From NCBI GenBank assembly GCA_905331295.1, contig CAJNYD010000052.1, positions 1 to 64,000 on the forward strand: a stretch of DNA of 64,000 bases. Direction: 5' to 3'. This DNA is from Rotaria socialis (Eukaryota). This document shows positions 62,620 through 64,000 of the stretch, piece after piece. The translations under genes and the position numbers were made by a program. Under the pieces are notes generated by a model that made no database searches, had not been told where the DNA came from, and saw nothing but the letters and a program-made list of their open reading frames with translations. The stretch's first letter is position 1. Each line of letters begins with the position of its first letter.

Positions 62620-64000
62620 TATTTTGATTAATTGAAATATTTGTTTTTATATGATAACCAAGAATAGGATCAAGAGAAAAAAGAAAACCTTTTGTTGAAA
62701 ATTGGCATTTAGCACCATAATAACAATCTTGACAAACACATGTCGATTTCGTTGGGCATGTTTCATTATTTTGAAAGCATTGTCCATCATTTTCACAATA
62801 GTTATGTCCTTGACAATCATAATTCATTGTATGATTAAATGAGAAACAATTGGAAAATCGTTCGAGATCACATATACAAATAAGATCATTATCATAGAAG
62901 CACATCATTGTTCTATTTTGTCGACATAAAAGTGGATAATATTTCGTTCGATTCAAATATCCAGAATTGATAATTGTATTATTAAGAAGCGTCGAAATAG
63001 GTAAACAGCGTTGCTGTGATTTTATTTCAGTATGAATATGTTCAGAAGGTATGGATGTTTCTCGAAGTATTCCTAAATAATAAGATCCATTTGGTATTTG
63101 CAAAAGAAGAATATTAAACGGTTGCGAAACATAAAGTGTGAGACCATGTCGATTATAAGGAACTTTTTTCAAAAGTGTTGTACGTTGATGTTCAGCATTT
63201 TTGAAAGCAGTAATAAAATGTACGAACAGTAAAGAGCTTTCTTGTATTCTTGTATCAACTAAATATATGGGTGTGGGGTGTGGGTGTGGGTGTGGGTCCT
63301 TCCTTAACTCACGCACCCACACACCCACACCCCACGCCAAATGAATTGAAGCGTTAAGCTAACATGTTGATTTTGCCATTGGCATTGAGCTCCAAAATAA
63401 TTCGGTGGACAAAGACATACTTTTGTTTCATTCATACCATGTAATACAACAATACCACGATGGGAATAGGAAACAAGAGTAGGATTAATCGTTGGAGTGA
63501 TTTCAGTTTTTGGATTCTGTTTGAAAATAATCGGTATCGAGCGATTATTCATTATTAGTGGGAAATAACCGAATCGGGCGCATGTGAGAAATACACCAGT
63601 AACCATTTTATAACCCATGTTCACGTCAAGATAACATATGGGTTCAATATGCTCGAAAAAGTGAACAGGCGTCGTCAAAGTCTCACCTACTTGATTACAT
63701 TCATGAACGTACAAATCCGACTGTGCTCGTAGCATTGATGTATTGATAGCACTTCGACAGATTTCCTCTAAAATATTACATTTACTCTTGTTTCACGACA
63801 TGTAGTCATTACTGATATCCTTCGTTCCATTATAGAAAATAACTTGACGAGAAGTTGATGGATTGCTGCAATCATCGAGATATTTATCAAATAAATGAGC
63901 ACGAGGAAAACAATACGAGATTTCGAAAGAGAAGTCACCACACACATACTCGTTTGACGAGCATAGACTATTTGGGCAATTTAACTCGTCAATACCATTT
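62620..64000 (-). pseudogene. Inverted internal portion of an LDLa/EGF-repeat receptor gene, disabled, running off the window
   Basis: NGIDELNC, CLCPPNYFGAQCQ and CENDGQC...CVCQDCYYGAKCQ. In-frame TGA at 63793..63795, a telomeric-repeat insert at 63269..63335, and a break after YHIKTNISINQ. Confidence 0.75.
63269..63335. repeat. Interstitial head-to-head telomere-type repeats (TGTGGG)n - spacer - (CCCACA)n
   Basis: GGGTGTGGGGTGTGGGTGTGGGTGTGGGT-CCTTCCTTAACT-CACGCACCCACACACCCACACCCCAC. Confidence 0.9.

Overview
AT-rich eukaryotic DNA with short (about 50-65 nt) GT-AG introns, most likely from a bdelloid rotifer. This is inferred from the mix of metazoan and foreign-type genes, NHL-repeat and LDLa/EGF genes, and TGTGGG repeats matching the Adineta telomere unit. 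Three intron-rich core genes anchor the window: an SLC13 transporter, SNRNP200/Brr2 and a muscle myosin II heavy chain. Between them lie intron-poor genes of non-metazoan type (GH13 Taka-type amylase, beta-lactamase-family serine hydrolase, PHO84/PHT1 phosphate transporter, histidine acid phosphatase, GNAT, decayed ChaC), several pseudogenes and DNA-transposon relics. The main highlights are: (1) a head-to-head (TGTGGG)n...(CCCACA)n scar inside a broken, inverted LDLa/EGF gene, with degenerate look-alikes elsewhere in the window; (2) an unannotated two-exon 66-68 aa microprotein family in three copies showing purifying selection; (3) a spliced MACPF + six-bladed NHL propeller gene, disabled in this copy; (4) a fungal-like phosphate-scavenging gene pair. 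All calls come from reading the sequence; no database searches were run.
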